Positions 21,439 to 31,135 of a stretch of 64,000 nt of DNA are shown here, one piece after another. The position numbers were made by a program, and so were the translations under genes. Under the pieces are notes generated by a model. That model had not been told where the DNA came from, made no database searches, and worked only from the letters and a program-made list of their open reading frames with translations. The stretch lies in the NCBI GenBank assembly GCA_963719315.1, contig CAVRBU010000002.1:480001-544000 (forward strand), read 5' to 3'. How positions within the stretch are numbered: position 1 is the first letter of the stretch; each line of letters starts with the position of its first letter. This DNA is from an uncultured Planctomycetota bacterium (GTDB lineage: Bacteria > Planctomycetota > Planctomycetia > Pirellulales > Lacipirellulaceae).

Positions 21439-22613
21439 ATGTCGAATACCGCTACAAACTTTCCCGAAGATTGTGCCGACGAGGATTTCGCCTCCGGCGG
21501 CGACGGTTGCCTGGCCACGCTTGATGGCGATGTCGCGACGGATTCCGCGGCCGGCGAGTGGACCGGTCCCCGTTGCGAAAAATGCGAAGCGCCGCTGAAG
21601 TCCGGCGTCGTGACGATCTGCCGCAGTTGCGGCTGGTACGCGAGCCTCGGGACTTTCGTCGAACTCGACCCGAGTTGGGAAACCGCGCTAGAAGAGCCGG
21701 TGACAACGACCTCGGCCGAGCCCACATCGCATCTACGCGTCTGGTTCAACCTCATTCCCCGTTGGGGCTGGGTGGTCATCGGCAGCGTTTTCGTGGTAAT
21801 CGCGGAGAGTGTCGTCTCGCGCTTGATAACGCCCTCCGGCAGCACGCTCCGGACTACATGGTCACTCACGCAGTTGGCGTTCGGCGCGGTGACGGTCGTC
21901 GTTTGCCACGTATTCAATTTCCTGAAATTGGCGGCCGATGATGCGGATATCGGCTTGTTGGATCTGCTACTGAAGCCGCTGCGGTTGTGGGCGCGGACTT
22001 GTCAGAATCTGCCCAAGCGGTTGTGGTTCTTCGATGCAGTTGTGTGCGGGTTGACGGCGATCGTCATGTCGCTCGTCGTGATTGGCGGAATTCCCTACGA
22101 ACGCCTGTGGGATTGGGGTTTCCAAGAGCCACCCAAACAAAACTTGATGGGCGCGGTCATGGATCGCGCAAAAAACTCGACAACGGCAGCGATAACTTGG
22201 AGGATGCGATCGGCGATTTCGCCGGCAAGCAAGACCTCGATGGGAACGATGCCACCAAAGCGGAAGCGCCGAAGCCAGAACTGAAGGAAAAAACCGATTG
22301 CGTAATCCTGGGCTATCAACTCGATCGCGACGGGCGGCTGACTTCGCTGCTGTTGGGCAGGGCACACTCCAAAAAGTTGGTGTTTGCGGGCCGCGTGACG
22401 CCGAAGCTCACGGACCAGGAGTCGAACGAGCTAATCGCCGCGCTCAAATCCATCGCGATCAAACAGCCGTTCATTACCATTGCGGCCGAAGACGTGATTT
22501 GGGTAAAACCGAAATTTACGTGCCGCATAACATTCGGCGAACGAATGAAAGACGGCCGGTTGCGTGATGTGCAGTGGGACAAGATGCTCGGCACGATCAA
22601 CGTGAAGCGGTAG
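21439..22613 (+). CDS. Zinc-ribbon membrane protein with C-terminal ATP-dependent DNA ligase OB-like domain; frameshift near 22169
   Basis: CEKC..CRSC; about three TM segments; second frame DCVILGY..LTSLLLG..LVFAGRV..WVKPKFTCRITF..DGRLR. Confidence 0.7.
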
Positions 22614-22708
22614 CTGGAGTCGCAGGACTTCAGATCACAGCGGGGCTGGCCGGAACTCTTGCGAATTCCGCTACGCTGGTCCACCAATATTCTTGCGAAT
22701 TCCGCGAC
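22610..22708. repeat. REP-like triplet, family A; GTAG foot contains the upstream stop codon
   Basis: GTAGctggagtcgcaggacttcag ... ggaactcttgcgaattccgCTAC ... ttcttgcgaattccgcgac. Confidence 0.75.
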
Positions 22709-22746
22709 GGTGGCGTCTCGGCGGGCTCGCGGCTATGCTCGATTGC

Positions 22747-23526
22747 ATGGCCCGCGAGCCGAACCAATTCGATGAATTGCTCGTACCGTTCGACGTGAAG
22801 GCACGCCCCCTGTCGGTGGATATCGGGCTGTCGCCGCCGCGATTCTTTCCTTCGCCAACGACCACGACGCCCGAGGGGCTGCTCTGCGTGGGTGGTCGGC
22901 TGTCGCCGGAGTGGCTGCTGGACGCCTACGCCCATGGCATCTTTCCCTGGCCGATGTGGGATGACGACCCGATCGCGTGGTGGTCGCCCAATCCGCGAGC
23001 GATCATCGAACTCGGCGGCCTGCATGTTTCACGACGATTGCACAGAACCATGCGAAGCGGCAAGTTTCAGGTTTCGTGCGATCGAGACTTCGAGGGGGTG
23101 ATCCGCGGCTGTGCGACCGCGGGAGACCGCAAGAACAACACGTGGCTGACGCCGAGAATGATCGCGGCGTACTGCGAGATGCATGCCTTGGGGCACGCGC
23201 ATAGCGTGGAAGTTTGGTCTTCGCTCCCTCCCCTTTCCGGAGAGGGCATGTCTTTGGTCGGCGGAACGTATGGCATTGCGATCGGCGCGCTGTTCGCCGC
23301 AGAAAGCATGTTTCACCGCGTGACGGATGCATCGAAAATTGCCGTTGCGCACCTGGTAGCACACCTGCGCGCCCGGCGTTACGAGCTGCTCGACGTTCAA
23401 CAATGGACGCCGCACACCGGACGGCTGGGCGCCGTCGAGATTCCGCGACTGGAATATCTGCGACGGCTGGCGCGAGCCGTAGGTCGGCCCGTTACATTCG
23501 GCGAGCAACTGGCGGACGGGCTGTAA
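22747..23526 (+). CDS. aat: Leucyl/phenylalanyl-tRNA--protein transferase (start uncertain)
   Basis: GGRLSPEWLLDAYAHGIFPW, WWSPNPR, AHSVEVW, ESMFH, DASKIA. Confidence 0.93.
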   Translation: MAREPNQFDELLVPFDVKARPLSVDIGLSPPRFFPSPTTTTPEGLLCVGGRLSPEWLLDAYAHGIFPWPMWDDDPIAWWSPNPRAIIELGGLHVSRRLHRTMRSGKFQVSCDRDFEGVIRGCATAGDRKNNTWLTPRMIAAYCEMHALGHAHSVEVWSSLPPLSGEGMSLVGGTYGIAIGALFAAESMFHRVTDASKIAVAHLVAHLRARRYELLDVQQWTPHTGRLGAVEIPRLEYLRRLARAVGRPVTFGEQLADGL

Positions 23527-24442
23527 TGCGCGAGGGAAACTCCAGCAGGATGCTCACCTGCGCAACGCGTTCGTCGGTCCACCAGGCGTGGAACTCGCGG
23601 ATCGAGTCGGTCAAGCCGCGGTGTTCCGCCTCTGCCAACTCGCGCAGTGTTTCGTGCAATGCTTCATTCCGTGTGGCAGCCGCCCAAGCCCGGCAGCGCT
23701 CGATCGCGGCGACGTGATCTTGAACATTTCCTAGCCGCTCCTGGAGTTCTGCCACGATCGGATAAAACTCCTTCCGCAACTCGGAGCCGAATGCGGAGGC
23801 AACCAGCTCGATGGCGTAGCGAAGCGCCTTTGCGCGGATGCGGAATTGATGCAGGGCGGCGGTGTCCGACAATTCGTTCGGCATGGCGGCAGCGAATTTG
23901 TCGGCGACTTGTGCGAATTGCTTCGCGGCCCAATCGCGAAACAAGGCCGGCGCTTCACCGTTGTCATCGGACTCTTGGGAATCCACAGACTGCAACAGCG
24001 CCGCCGTTTTGCGAATGAAGCGGTCGTTGTTTCGGCACCGATCGGCTATGCGAATGATCGCCGGCTGAACGGCGGCACGATCGCGGGCGATCAATTCGAT
24101 GATCGGAGCCACCGGCTCGCCATAGTCGCGTTCCAATCGGTCGGCCAGCACATCCAGGTCGCGGGCGTCGCCGGCCGCGCGGCGGATTTTACGGAGTCGC
24201 TTCTTGACCCAACGAGCCGGTTTGGGCGACAGGCAAACGTAATAGAGCTTCAATGCCGCCTCGGCCCGGCGGGTGGCCACGCGGAGTCGGTGGACGTGCT
24301 CGATGTCGTGTTCGGCAAGGTAGGCCGCCATCGGCAGCAAATGCGCTACGGCCGAGAGCCGCGGTTCGAGCGAGCGGCGCGCGGCATCCGCGACGGTGCT
24401 ACTCGGCGTGAGGCCATCGATCCATTTGGAGCTTGGAGCCAT
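23492..24442 (-). CDS. CHAD-domain protein (polyphosphate-binding family)
   Basis: VHRLRVATRR, ARDLDV, LHQFRIRAKALRY, LQERLGNVQD. Confidence 0.88.
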   Translation of the reverse strand: MAPSSKWIDGLTPSSTVADAARRSLEPRLSAVAHLLPMAAYLAEHDIEHVHRLRVATRRAEAALKLYYVCLSPKPARWVKKRLRKIRRAAGDARDLDVLADRLERDYGEPVAPIIELIARDRAAVQPAIIRIADRCRNNDRFIRKTAALLQSVDSQESDDNGEAPALFRDWAAKQFAQVADKFAAAMPNELSDTAALHQFRIRAKALRYAIELVASAFGSELRKEFYPIVAELQERLGNVQDHVAAIERCRAWAAATRNEALHETLRELAEAEHRGLTDSIREFHAWWTDERVAQVSILLEFPSRITARPPVARRM

Positions 24443-24486
24443 GGCAACAAAATCGCGAGGAGGCAACACAACGGATTCAGATCAGG

Positions 24487-24550
24487 TGGCTGGGGTCAAA
24501 CGCAGTGAGCCCCCAGCGCGCTGAGGGGTCGCTCCACCTCAGCCACCCCC
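24487..24550. repeat. GTGG-footed imperfect palindrome (REP-like)
   Basis: gtggctggggtc...cccccagc ... cctcagccac. Confidence 0.45.
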
Positions 24551-24572
24551 ACGGGCCATATCGCATTATGCG

Positions 24573-25484
24573 TTACGCGATCAGCGGTTGTAAGACGCCG
24601 TGGCTGATTCGCAGCGAACGCTGGCGGCCTTCCAGCGTGTCGTGGAAGGCCTCGTCCTCGACTTCCACGCACACTGGGCCGTTGTAGCCGGCGTCGGTGA
24701 GGGCCCCGATCCATTGGCCCCAGGGGACATCGCCCAGGCCCGGGATTTTGGCCGTGCTGCGGGACATCGGCGGCTCCAGGCAGCCAATGTCGTTGAGCCG
24801 GTGGTGATCGATCCGCATGTCCTTGGCATGTGTGTGAAAAATTCGCGGGCCGAATTCGCGAATCGGCGCGACGGGATCTATCATCTGCATCACGAGATGC
24901 GACGGGTCATAATTCAGCCCGAAATTCGGCGACGAGATGACTTCGAACATCCGCCGCCAGATGGCCGGCGAGCGGGCCAGGTTCACGCCGAACGGCCAGG
25001 TCTCTGCATACTGCATCGGGCAATTCTCAATCCCGATATTGATGCTGAGGTCTTCAGCGTAACGGATCGTATCGGGCCAGACCTCTGCGAACAGTTTCAA
25101 GTTATCTTCGAGCGGCTTGTAGCGATTCGCGCCGATAAAACCGTTGACGTTCTTCAACCCCAAAAGCGGCGCGGCATCGATCACTTTGCGAAAGTGGGCG
25201 CGGACCACTTCCGCCTCGTTGGCATCATCGGAAAGCGAGTTGGCGTAATAACCAAGTGCCGAGATTTGCACGCGGTGCTTTTCGCACAGGCTACGGATAT
25301 CGTCGGCTTGCGTTTGCGTGAAGCCAGTTACGTCGATGTGGCACACGCCGCCGTAGGGCCGGTCGACTTTCGCGCTCGGCCAGCACATCACTTCGACGCA
25401 CTGGTAGCCTTCGCTGGCCGCGAAGGTTAACACGTCTTCGAAGGAGAGATCATTGAATATTGCGCTGACGAAGCCGAGTTGCAT
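24573..25484 (-). CDS. Sugar phosphate isomerase/epimerase (xylose isomerase-like TIM barrel)
   Basis: IGIENC, NYDPSH, HTHAKD, PGLGDVPW, VEVED. Confidence 0.88.
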   Translation of the reverse strand: MQLGFVSAIFNDLSFEDVLTFAASEGYQCVEVMCWPSAKVDRPYGGVCHIDVTGFTQTQADDIRSLCEKHRVQISALGYYANSLSDDANEAEVVRAHFRKVIDAAPLLGLKNVNGFIGANRYKPLEDNLKLFAEVWPDTIRYAEDLSINIGIENCPMQYAETWPFGVNLARSPAIWRRMFEVISSPNFGLNYDPSHLVMQMIDPVAPIREFGPRIFHTHAKDMRIDHHRLNDIGCLEPPMSRSTAKIPGLGDVPWGQWIGALTDAGYNGPVCVEVEDEAFHDTLEGRQRSLRISHGVLQPLIA

Positions 25485-25532
25485 GATGAATCCATGTTGT
25501 AGGAATTGATTAATCGGCCCAGCGCAGTCGCT

Positions 25533-26594
25533 TCAGCGCTGCTTGGAATATGCATACAACGCTTCCGCTATTTCAATGCCACACGTCGCCAAAAAATCAA
25601 TCAAAGGGGGAACGTTGAACTGATTTTTCAAATCTACGGATGCCCGTAGCAAGCTGAGCGCGGAACAGAACGTCCGCAGCCTTTTTGCGCCTATGTCGCG
25701 GCCTTTGTTAAGGATATCGTGGACATCCTTGGGATGTCGCGCGAGTTCGGCACGGCGTGCTCGCGGTTCGGCCCAAAACTTCTCGGCTGCGTCCGCAAGA
25801 GCTTTCTTGATTTCGCCGTAGCCAAAACCGCCGCGGCGGTAGAGGGCGGCCATCGTGTCGCGGTCGGCGGCAGACGCCACCAGCGAATACAAATCGTAGA
25901 GCACGTCTCCCACGGGCTCCTTGGCTTCGTCCATCGGCCGGGAGTCGGTCACGATTCGCATGATCTGCTTCCGCTGGACCTTCGCATCTTCGAACACGGC
26001 GAGCGTGTTGTTATAGCTCTTCGACATCTTCTCGCCATCGGTGCCGGGCACGCGGGCCGAGATTTCGAGCACGTGGGCCTTGGGCATCACGAACACATCG
26101 CCGAAGTGGTGATTGAAGCTGCCGGCGAGGTCGCGGCAGACCTCGATGTGCTGCACTTGGTCCTCGCCGACGGGGACCGTGTCGCTGTCGTAGGCCAGGA
26201 TGTCGGCCGCCTGCAGAACAGGGTACGTAAACAGCCCAGCATCGGCCGTTAGTCCCTTCGCCTTCTTATCCTTGTAAGCGTGGCAGCGTTCCAGCAGGCC
26301 CATCGGCGCGCCGGTCATAAGGAGCCAACATAATTCGCTCACCTCGGGCACATCAGATTGCACGAATAGCGTGGCCTTGTTCGGGTCGAGGCCGAGGGCG
26401 AGCAGATCGAGGGCAATGTCGAACGTGTACTGCCGCAGCATGGCCGGCTCGCGAACGGTCGTGAGCGCGTGCAGGTTGGCGATGAAATAAAACGCCTGTT
26501 CGTTATCCTGTAGGGCAATGTACTGGCGGATGGCGCCGAAGTAATTGCCCCAGTGGATCGGGCCGGTGGGTTGGATGCCGCTGAGGACGCGCAT
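25533..26594 (-). CDS. trpS: Tryptophan--tRNA ligase; probable frameshift near 25690, true stop likely at 25597
   Basis: [34 protein letters not shown]; alternative frame gives a canonical-looking tail [17 protein letters not shown]. Confidence 0.95.
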   Translation of the reverse strand: MRVLSGIQPTGPIHWGNYFGAIRQYIALQDNEQAFYFIANLHALTTVREPAMLRQYTFDIALDLLALGLDPNKATLFVQSDVPEVSELCWLLMTGAPMGLLERCHAYKDKKAKGLTADAGLFTYPVLQAADILAYDSDTVPVGEDQVQHIEVCRDLAGSFNHHFGDVFVMPKAHVLEISARVPGTDGEKMSKSYNNTLAVFEDAKVQRKQIMRIVTDSRPMDEAKEPVGDVLYDLYSLVASAADRDTMAALYRRGGFGYGEIKKALADAAEKFWAEPRARRAELARHPKDVHDILNKGRDIGAKRLRTFCSALSLLRASVDLKNQFNVPPLIDFLATCGIEIAEALYAYSKQR

Positions 26595-26603
26595 GGTGCG
26601 GAA

Positions 26604-26698
26604 AGACAAGGAGACAAAGAGAGGGGGAGACAAGGAGATTCTTTAAGAACGCCCTGCCTAAGTTTCTCCTTGTCTCCTTGTCTCCTTGTCTCCTTGAC
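26604..26698. repeat. Inverted pair of octamer arrays (GACAAGGA / TCCTTGTC) at the pyrD-trpS junction
   Basis: agacaaggagacaaagagagggggagacaaggag ... (tctccttg)x4. Confidence 0.88.
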
Positions 26699-27623
26699 TA
26701 GTATCCAAACTGCCAACTATGTCGGCAACACAATTCGCCCCCACGCTGGCGAAAGCCCCTGGTAGCGCATCGAGCACTTCCAGAGACGCCCTTGGATTGT
26801 AGAAGTTCACGGTGCCGAGTTGAACCGCGGTAGCGCCGGCGACGAAGAATTCCATCACATCGTCGATCGTGGCGATGCCGCCAATGCCGATGAGGGGCGT
26901 TTTCACGGCTTGGGCGGCCTGATAGACGGCCCGCAAGGCAATCGGCTTGATCGCCGGCCCGCTGAGCCCGCCCAGCACATTGCCGAGCATCGGCCGGCGA
27001 CGCCGCCAGTCGATCGCCATGCCGAGGCAAGTGTTAATCAGCGAAATGGCGTCGGCCCCGCCGGCTTCGGCACCCTTGGCGATGGTTGGGATACTCGTGA
27101 CATTGGGCGTCAGCTTGGCGATGATTGGCGTCGCGGTCGCGCGGCGGCAATCGGCCACAAGGCGCTCGCAGGAACGGGCATCGGTGCCAAAATCGACGCC
27201 CCCCGAAACATTCGGGCAGGAGATATTCAGCTCGACGGCGGAGATGCCCGCGAGGCCAGCGAGCCGAGCGGCCATGGCGACAAATTCCTCGTGCGTGCGA
27301 CCCGCGATACTGACGATGATCGGCACGCCGAGCGAACCGAGGTACGGCAAATGATGAGCGATGAACGCCTCGATACCGTCGTTATCGAGTCCGATCGAAT
27401 TGAGCATGCCGGCGGCCGTTTCAACCGTCCGCCACGGAGGATTTCCGGCGCGAGGCTCCTGCGTGATCGTTTTCGGAAGAATACCGCCGAGCCGGCTGAG
27501 ATCGACCAAGCCTTCCATCTCGCGGGCATAGCCGAACGTGCCAGAAGCGACCAGGATTGGATTCGGCAGCCGAAGGCGGCCAAGCTGGACCGAAAGCTCG
27601 ATATCGGCCGATGGCTGCGGCAT
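26658..27623 (-). CDS. pyrD: Dihydroorotate dehydrogenase family 1B catalytic subunit
   Basis: NPILVASGTFG, NSIGL, ELNISCPN, KLTPN, GGLSGPAIKP. Confidence 0.94.
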   Translation of the reverse strand: MPQPSADIELSVQLGRLRLPNPILVASGTFGYAREMEGLVDLSRLGGILPKTITQEPRAGNPPWRTVETAAGMLNSIGLDNDGIEAFIAHHLPYLGSLGVPIIVSIAGRTHEEFVAMAARLAGLAGISAVELNISCPNVSGGVDFGTDARSCERLVADCRRATATPIIAKLTPNVTSIPTIAKGAEAGGADAISLINTCLGMAIDWRRRRPMLGNVLGGLSGPAIKPIALRAVYQAAQAVKTPLIGIGGIATIDDVMEFFVAGATAVQLGTVNFYNPRASLEVLDALPGAFASVGANCVADIVGSLDTSQGDKETRRQGET

Positions 27624-27719
27624 TATGAGGCGACCAGACTTTGAAGGGAATTGCAAACGAGCGCCTGCAAATTTTCAGGGCGCGAGTCGCAATTTTCAAT
27701 CCCCTGTAAGCTCTGACGC

Positions 27720-27938
27720 CTAGATGATCCCGCCATGCGTGCGAATGGGCTTCATGTGGCTTGGCTGATCTAGGAACCAGATGCGTTCCCATTCGTCGAG
27801 GAATGAACGTAGATCCTCAGACGTGAAGATCAGCTCTTGGGCGCGGCGGGCCGGATCGGCCGAATACATCGGAATGAGGCAGCCCGTACCGGTCGCCAGC
27901 CAGGCAGCGGCCACGAACGCCATGAGTACCTTACGCAT
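27720..27938 (-). CDS. Small lipoprotein (72 aa)
   Basis: GGAGGAG SD; signal peptide ending GTGC lipobox; EWERIWFLDQPSH C-terminus. Confidence 0.72.
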   Translation of the reverse strand: MRKVLMAFVAAAWLATGTGCLIPMYSADPARRAQELIFTSEDLRSFLDEWERIWFLDQPSHMKPIRTHGGII

Positions 27939-28220
27939 TCGAACTACTCCTCCCTGAGCATTCATTCCACATTCCGCAGGCACGACGATGCCGTGCGTGA
28001 CCAACGCATTTCGTGCGCTGCCGTGAGCCGCGGTCGGATCCCTCAGTTAATCGGGCGCGTACGCCAACTTAGTCCAGTTTCCAAAAATCCGTCGCGCGGC
28101 GGAAGCATCCTGCCTCCGCCCAGCGAGCGAATTAACCCGCCATGCTTGTGGGCACGGCCAACGAATAGTCTTTGCGCCGTCGCGCGCCGCAGCATTGGAT
28201 CGCGGGAAGTTGCTGCGTGT

Positions 28221-28273
28221 GGTGAAAAGTGTTCGGTGAAAAGTGTTCGGTGAAAAGTGTTCGGTGAAAAGTG
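28221..28273. repeat. Perfect 14-nt tandem repeat GGTGAAAAGTGTTC x3.8
   Basis: Direct reading; one reverse-complement unit (ccgaacacttttca) also near 49581-49594. Confidence 0.9.
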
Positions 28274-28420
28274 GGCGGAAGATAGCGATTCGTGCGGGCA
28301 GCGCCGAGATCAACTTTGGGGCCTCAACGCGATTCGCGGAGGCCGCGCCGGCGGCGGGCGGTGACTGTTTTTCTTCTAAGATTGCCGGCGAAGCACAGGC
28401 TGCGGGGCTAGCAGCCGACG

Positions 28421-28780
28421 CTAACCTGTTTGCTGCGAAAGGCTTTCGCCATCCGGCGAGCCGTTGGGTTGCGGATAACCGGCCGCCGCGGCGGCTCGAC
28501 GCTCCATTTCGCGGACCCGTTCTTCCATTTCCTTGCCTGGCTTGAACGTGACCACGAACTTCTCTGGCACAAAGACTTTATCGCCGGTTCGCGGGTTCCG
28601 CGCTTTGCGGGCGGCCCGCCTTTTGACCTCAAAAACGCCGAAATTCCGCAGTTCGATGCGGTGGTCTTCGACCAATGTTTCGACGATGGCATCGAACGTC
28701 TTTTGGACTATTTCCTTCGTCTTAAGTTGAGTCAGACCAATCTCTTCGGAGATGGTTTTGACAATCTCTTTCTTGGTCAC
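28421..28780 (-). CDS. HU/IHF family nucleoid-associated protein
   Basis: [34 protein letters not shown] start. Confidence 0.93.
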   Translation of the reverse strand: MTKKEIVKTISEEIGLTQLKTKEIVQKTFDAIVETLVEDHRIELRNFGVFEVKRRAARKARNPRTGDKVFVPEKFVVTFKPGKEMEERVREMERRAAAAAGYPQPNGSPDGESLSQQTG

Positions 28781-29191
28781 GTTGGGGTCCCCACAAAGAG
28801 GCGGCCATTTGGGAGAAACCACGCCGTCGGAGTGGCGTATCTCATGCCCCAAGTGTAATTGTGCCAAGCATTAGTGTCAATATCGTGTGTGCTGGCGGCG
28901 ATCGTTCGCAGGCAGACCGGCAACTAAGGAGGAACGGTCGCTCGTTGAGCGATCGTGGTGATAAATGCTGATTGTCAAAGAACTTAGCAGCCGAGGGACA
29001 GGTCCGCGTGGCCGCAATGGCCGGGTAAAACCGCGTAACCAATTTCAGCCTAAGGATTTAGAGCTTCGACGACGGCTGCGCCGCTGAAGCCCACGTCCTC
29101 GCGGAATACATCGTCGTTAGACTCGGCAAACTTTAACTAAACGGCAAAGTTTACCGCAGCGATAGGGGTAGCCGCGTGTCTCTACGAGGTT

Positions 29192-29623
29192 TCAGATTCT
29201 GATGACGGCTTTTTCAGCTTCAATTTGTTCTAGCTGATAAAGCCGCCCCGTGCCGCTGCCAGGGCATACCTCGCAGGTTGCAGCCCAGGCCTCGGGCGTA
29301 CGGATGTTGGAATCCCAGAACGGCCAGGTGCGGCATTGCCGCGGACGAGCCTTGTAGACCGTGCACTTCCGCGTCTTGCTGTCCAAGAACACGCAATCGT
29401 AGTTGGCGTGCTCATGTTCGATGAGGCTTTTTCGCACGCCGATTTCACGGACGTAGCGCGATTCGAACTCGGCTTCGTCCAAACCCACTTCGGCTGCCAG
29501 CGCGGCGATTTCGTCTTTGTTCACCCACACGAAACCCGGCGCCCCGGTGCAACAATCGCCGCAGCCAGTGCATTTGAACCGGAGGCCGTCTTTGTACCAA
29601 GGTTTCGTTTTGTCGTCTGACAT
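29192..29623 (-). CDS. YkgJ family cysteine cluster (CxxCxxCC) protein
   Basis: CTGCGDCC, CVFL, CTVYKARPRQCRTWPFW, CPG. Confidence 0.9.
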   Translation of the reverse strand: MSDDKTKPWYKDGLRFKCTGCGDCCTGAPGFVWVNKDEIAALAAEVGLDEAEFESRYVREIGVRKSLIEHEHANYDCVFLDSKTRKCTVYKARPRQCRTWPFWDSNIRTPEAWAATCEVCPGSGTGRLYQLEQIEAEKAVIRI

Positions 29624-29642
29624 TGTCAAAGCAGAAAATGTA

Positions 29643-29745
29643 GCCACGAAGAAACAAAGGACACAAAGGAGCGAATAATTCAGCAAGTCGGGTTCAAAAC
29701 ATCATAAGCGCTCGATGCACCTTGTTGTCCTTTGTGCCTTTGTGT
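29643..29745. repeat. Inverted pair of 8/9-mer arrays (CACAAAGG / CCTTTGTG)
   Basis: gccacgaagaaacaaaggacacaaagg ... ccttgttgtcctttgtgcctttgtg. Confidence 0.7.
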
Positions 29746-29758
29746 TTCAATTCCATTC

Positions 29759-30934
29759 TTACTTAGCAGTGGCCAGAGCAACTTCTTGGAGCGCGGCGAT
29801 GGCTTTGTCGATTTCTTTGAGTGTCGTTGTGTGGCCGGGGCTGAACCGCAGTGTGCCGCCGCTGGCGGTCGTGCCTAGAGCGTCGTGCATTCGCGGGGCG
29901 CATTGGAAGCCTGCGCGGGTTTGGATGGAATACGTTGAATCGAGGATCGCGGCCAGCTCCTGCGGGTCATAGCCATCGATCGTCACGCTGACGACGCTGG
30001 TACGGTCGGCGGCGAGTTTTGGGCCGTGAATCGTGACGCCGTCAATTTCTGTTAGCTCGTCGATCAGCCGGTGCGCAAGTCGCGAGTGATGGGCATGAAT
30101 TGTCGCGATGGATTCGGCAAGCAAAAAGTCAGTCGCGGCAGCAAGGCCGGCCAGACCGACCAGATTGTGGTTGCCGGGCTCATACTTTTGCGGGAGGACA
30201 TCGGGCTGGCGATCTTCTTCGCTTTGCGTGCCGGTGCCGCCGTAGCGTAGTGGTTTTACCTCGCGCTCGATGCCGGGCCGGATGTATAGCACACCGGTGC
30301 CCAACGGTCCCAACAATCCTTTGTGGCCCGGAGCGGCGAGCAGATCGGCCTCGATCGTTCTCACGTCGATGGGGACGTGGCCCAGTGATTGGGCCGCATC
30401 CACCAGGAACAAAGCGTCAGTGGCCAGCACGACCCGGCCGATTTCTGCGATTGGTTGAATCGCGCCCGTGACGTTTGACGCGTGGTTCACGGCAACCAGC
30501 CGCGTGTTCGGCCGGATCGCCGTTCGCACATCGTCCGGCGACACAAAGCCTTGGCCATCGCAAGGAACATACGTCACCGTTACGTTGGCCTCCTCGCGCA
30601 TCGCCCGTAATGGGCGGAGTACGGAGTTGTGATCGCAAACCGTTGTGACCACGTGGTCGCCCGGTCGAACGACGCCGCGGATCGCCATGTTCAACATATC
30701 CGAGCAGTTCAGGCCGAAAATGATATGCGACGGCTCATCAGCGCCGATCAATTCGGCGACGCCACGGCGGGCACGCTCGACAATTCGATTGGATTCCTGC
30801 GCTTCGCGGTAACCGCTGCGGCCGTTCGGAGCGCCGATCTCGCGCTGGTAGCGGTCAACGGCGTCGTAGACCGTTTCCGGCTTGGGCCAAGTGGTGGCGG
30901 CGTTGTCGAGGTAGATGCGACGTAGAGCTGACAT
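29759..30934 (-). CDS. Cysteine desulfurase family protein (class V PLP aminotransferase)
   Basis: YLDNAATT, HNSV, DAAQSLGH, PGHKGL, RAGFQCAP. Confidence 0.92.
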   Translation of the reverse strand: MSALRRIYLDNAATTWPKPETVYDAVDRYQREIGAPNGRSGYREAQESNRIVERARRGVAELIGADEPSHIIFGLNCSDMLNMAIRGVVRPGDHVVTTVCDHNSVLRPLRAMREEANVTVTYVPCDGQGFVSPDDVRTAIRPNTRLVAVNHASNVTGAIQPIAEIGRVVLATDALFLVDAAQSLGHVPIDVRTIEADLLAAPGHKGLLGPLGTGVLYIRPGIEREVKPLRYGGTGTQSEEDRQPDVLPQKYEPGNHNLVGLAGLAAATDFLLAESIATIHAHHSRLAHRLIDELTEIDGVTIHGPKLAADRTSVVSVTIDGYDPQELAAILDSTYSIQTRAGFQCAPRMHDALGTTASGGTLRFSPGHTTTLKEIDKAIAALQEVALATAK

Positions 30935-30988
30935 AGCACTCGATTATACAATGTTGACTGCGATGGAGCACAGTATCGGAAGAAATCG

Positions 30989-31070
30989 ATTTGTCATTCG
31001 GTAATTGGTCATTTGAAATTGGTCATTTCGGAAATGACCAATGACAAATTACAAATTTGCAATGATAAAT
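30989..31070. repeat. Inverted pair of heptamer arrays (TTGTCAT/TGGTCAT vs ATGACAA/ATGACCA)
   Basis: atttgtcattcggtaattggtcatttgaaattggtcattt-cgg-aaatgaccaatgacaaattacaaat. Confidence 0.82.
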
Positions 31071-31135
31071 CCGTCACCCGCTGATTTGGTAAATCGCCCG
31101 CTCGGATATGGAATAGGTGTCCGGAACCAAAAACC

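Noticed and set aside
22170..22176. A_AAA_AAC slippery heptamer in the correct phase for a programmed -1 frameshift joining the membrane and OB parts
   Set aside because: It abuts a GCGC like six other apparent errors and is a homopolymer, so a one-base sequencing deletion is simpler. Accurate reads would settle it.
28221..28273. Possible CRISPR array
   Set aside because: Units are 14 nt, contiguous and without spacers; no cas genes.
29124..29172. GGCAAAC...GCAAAG resembling a c-di-GMP-I riboswitch
   Set aside because: No GAAA tetraloop stem or second stem; reads as a simple hairpin downstream of a convergent gene.
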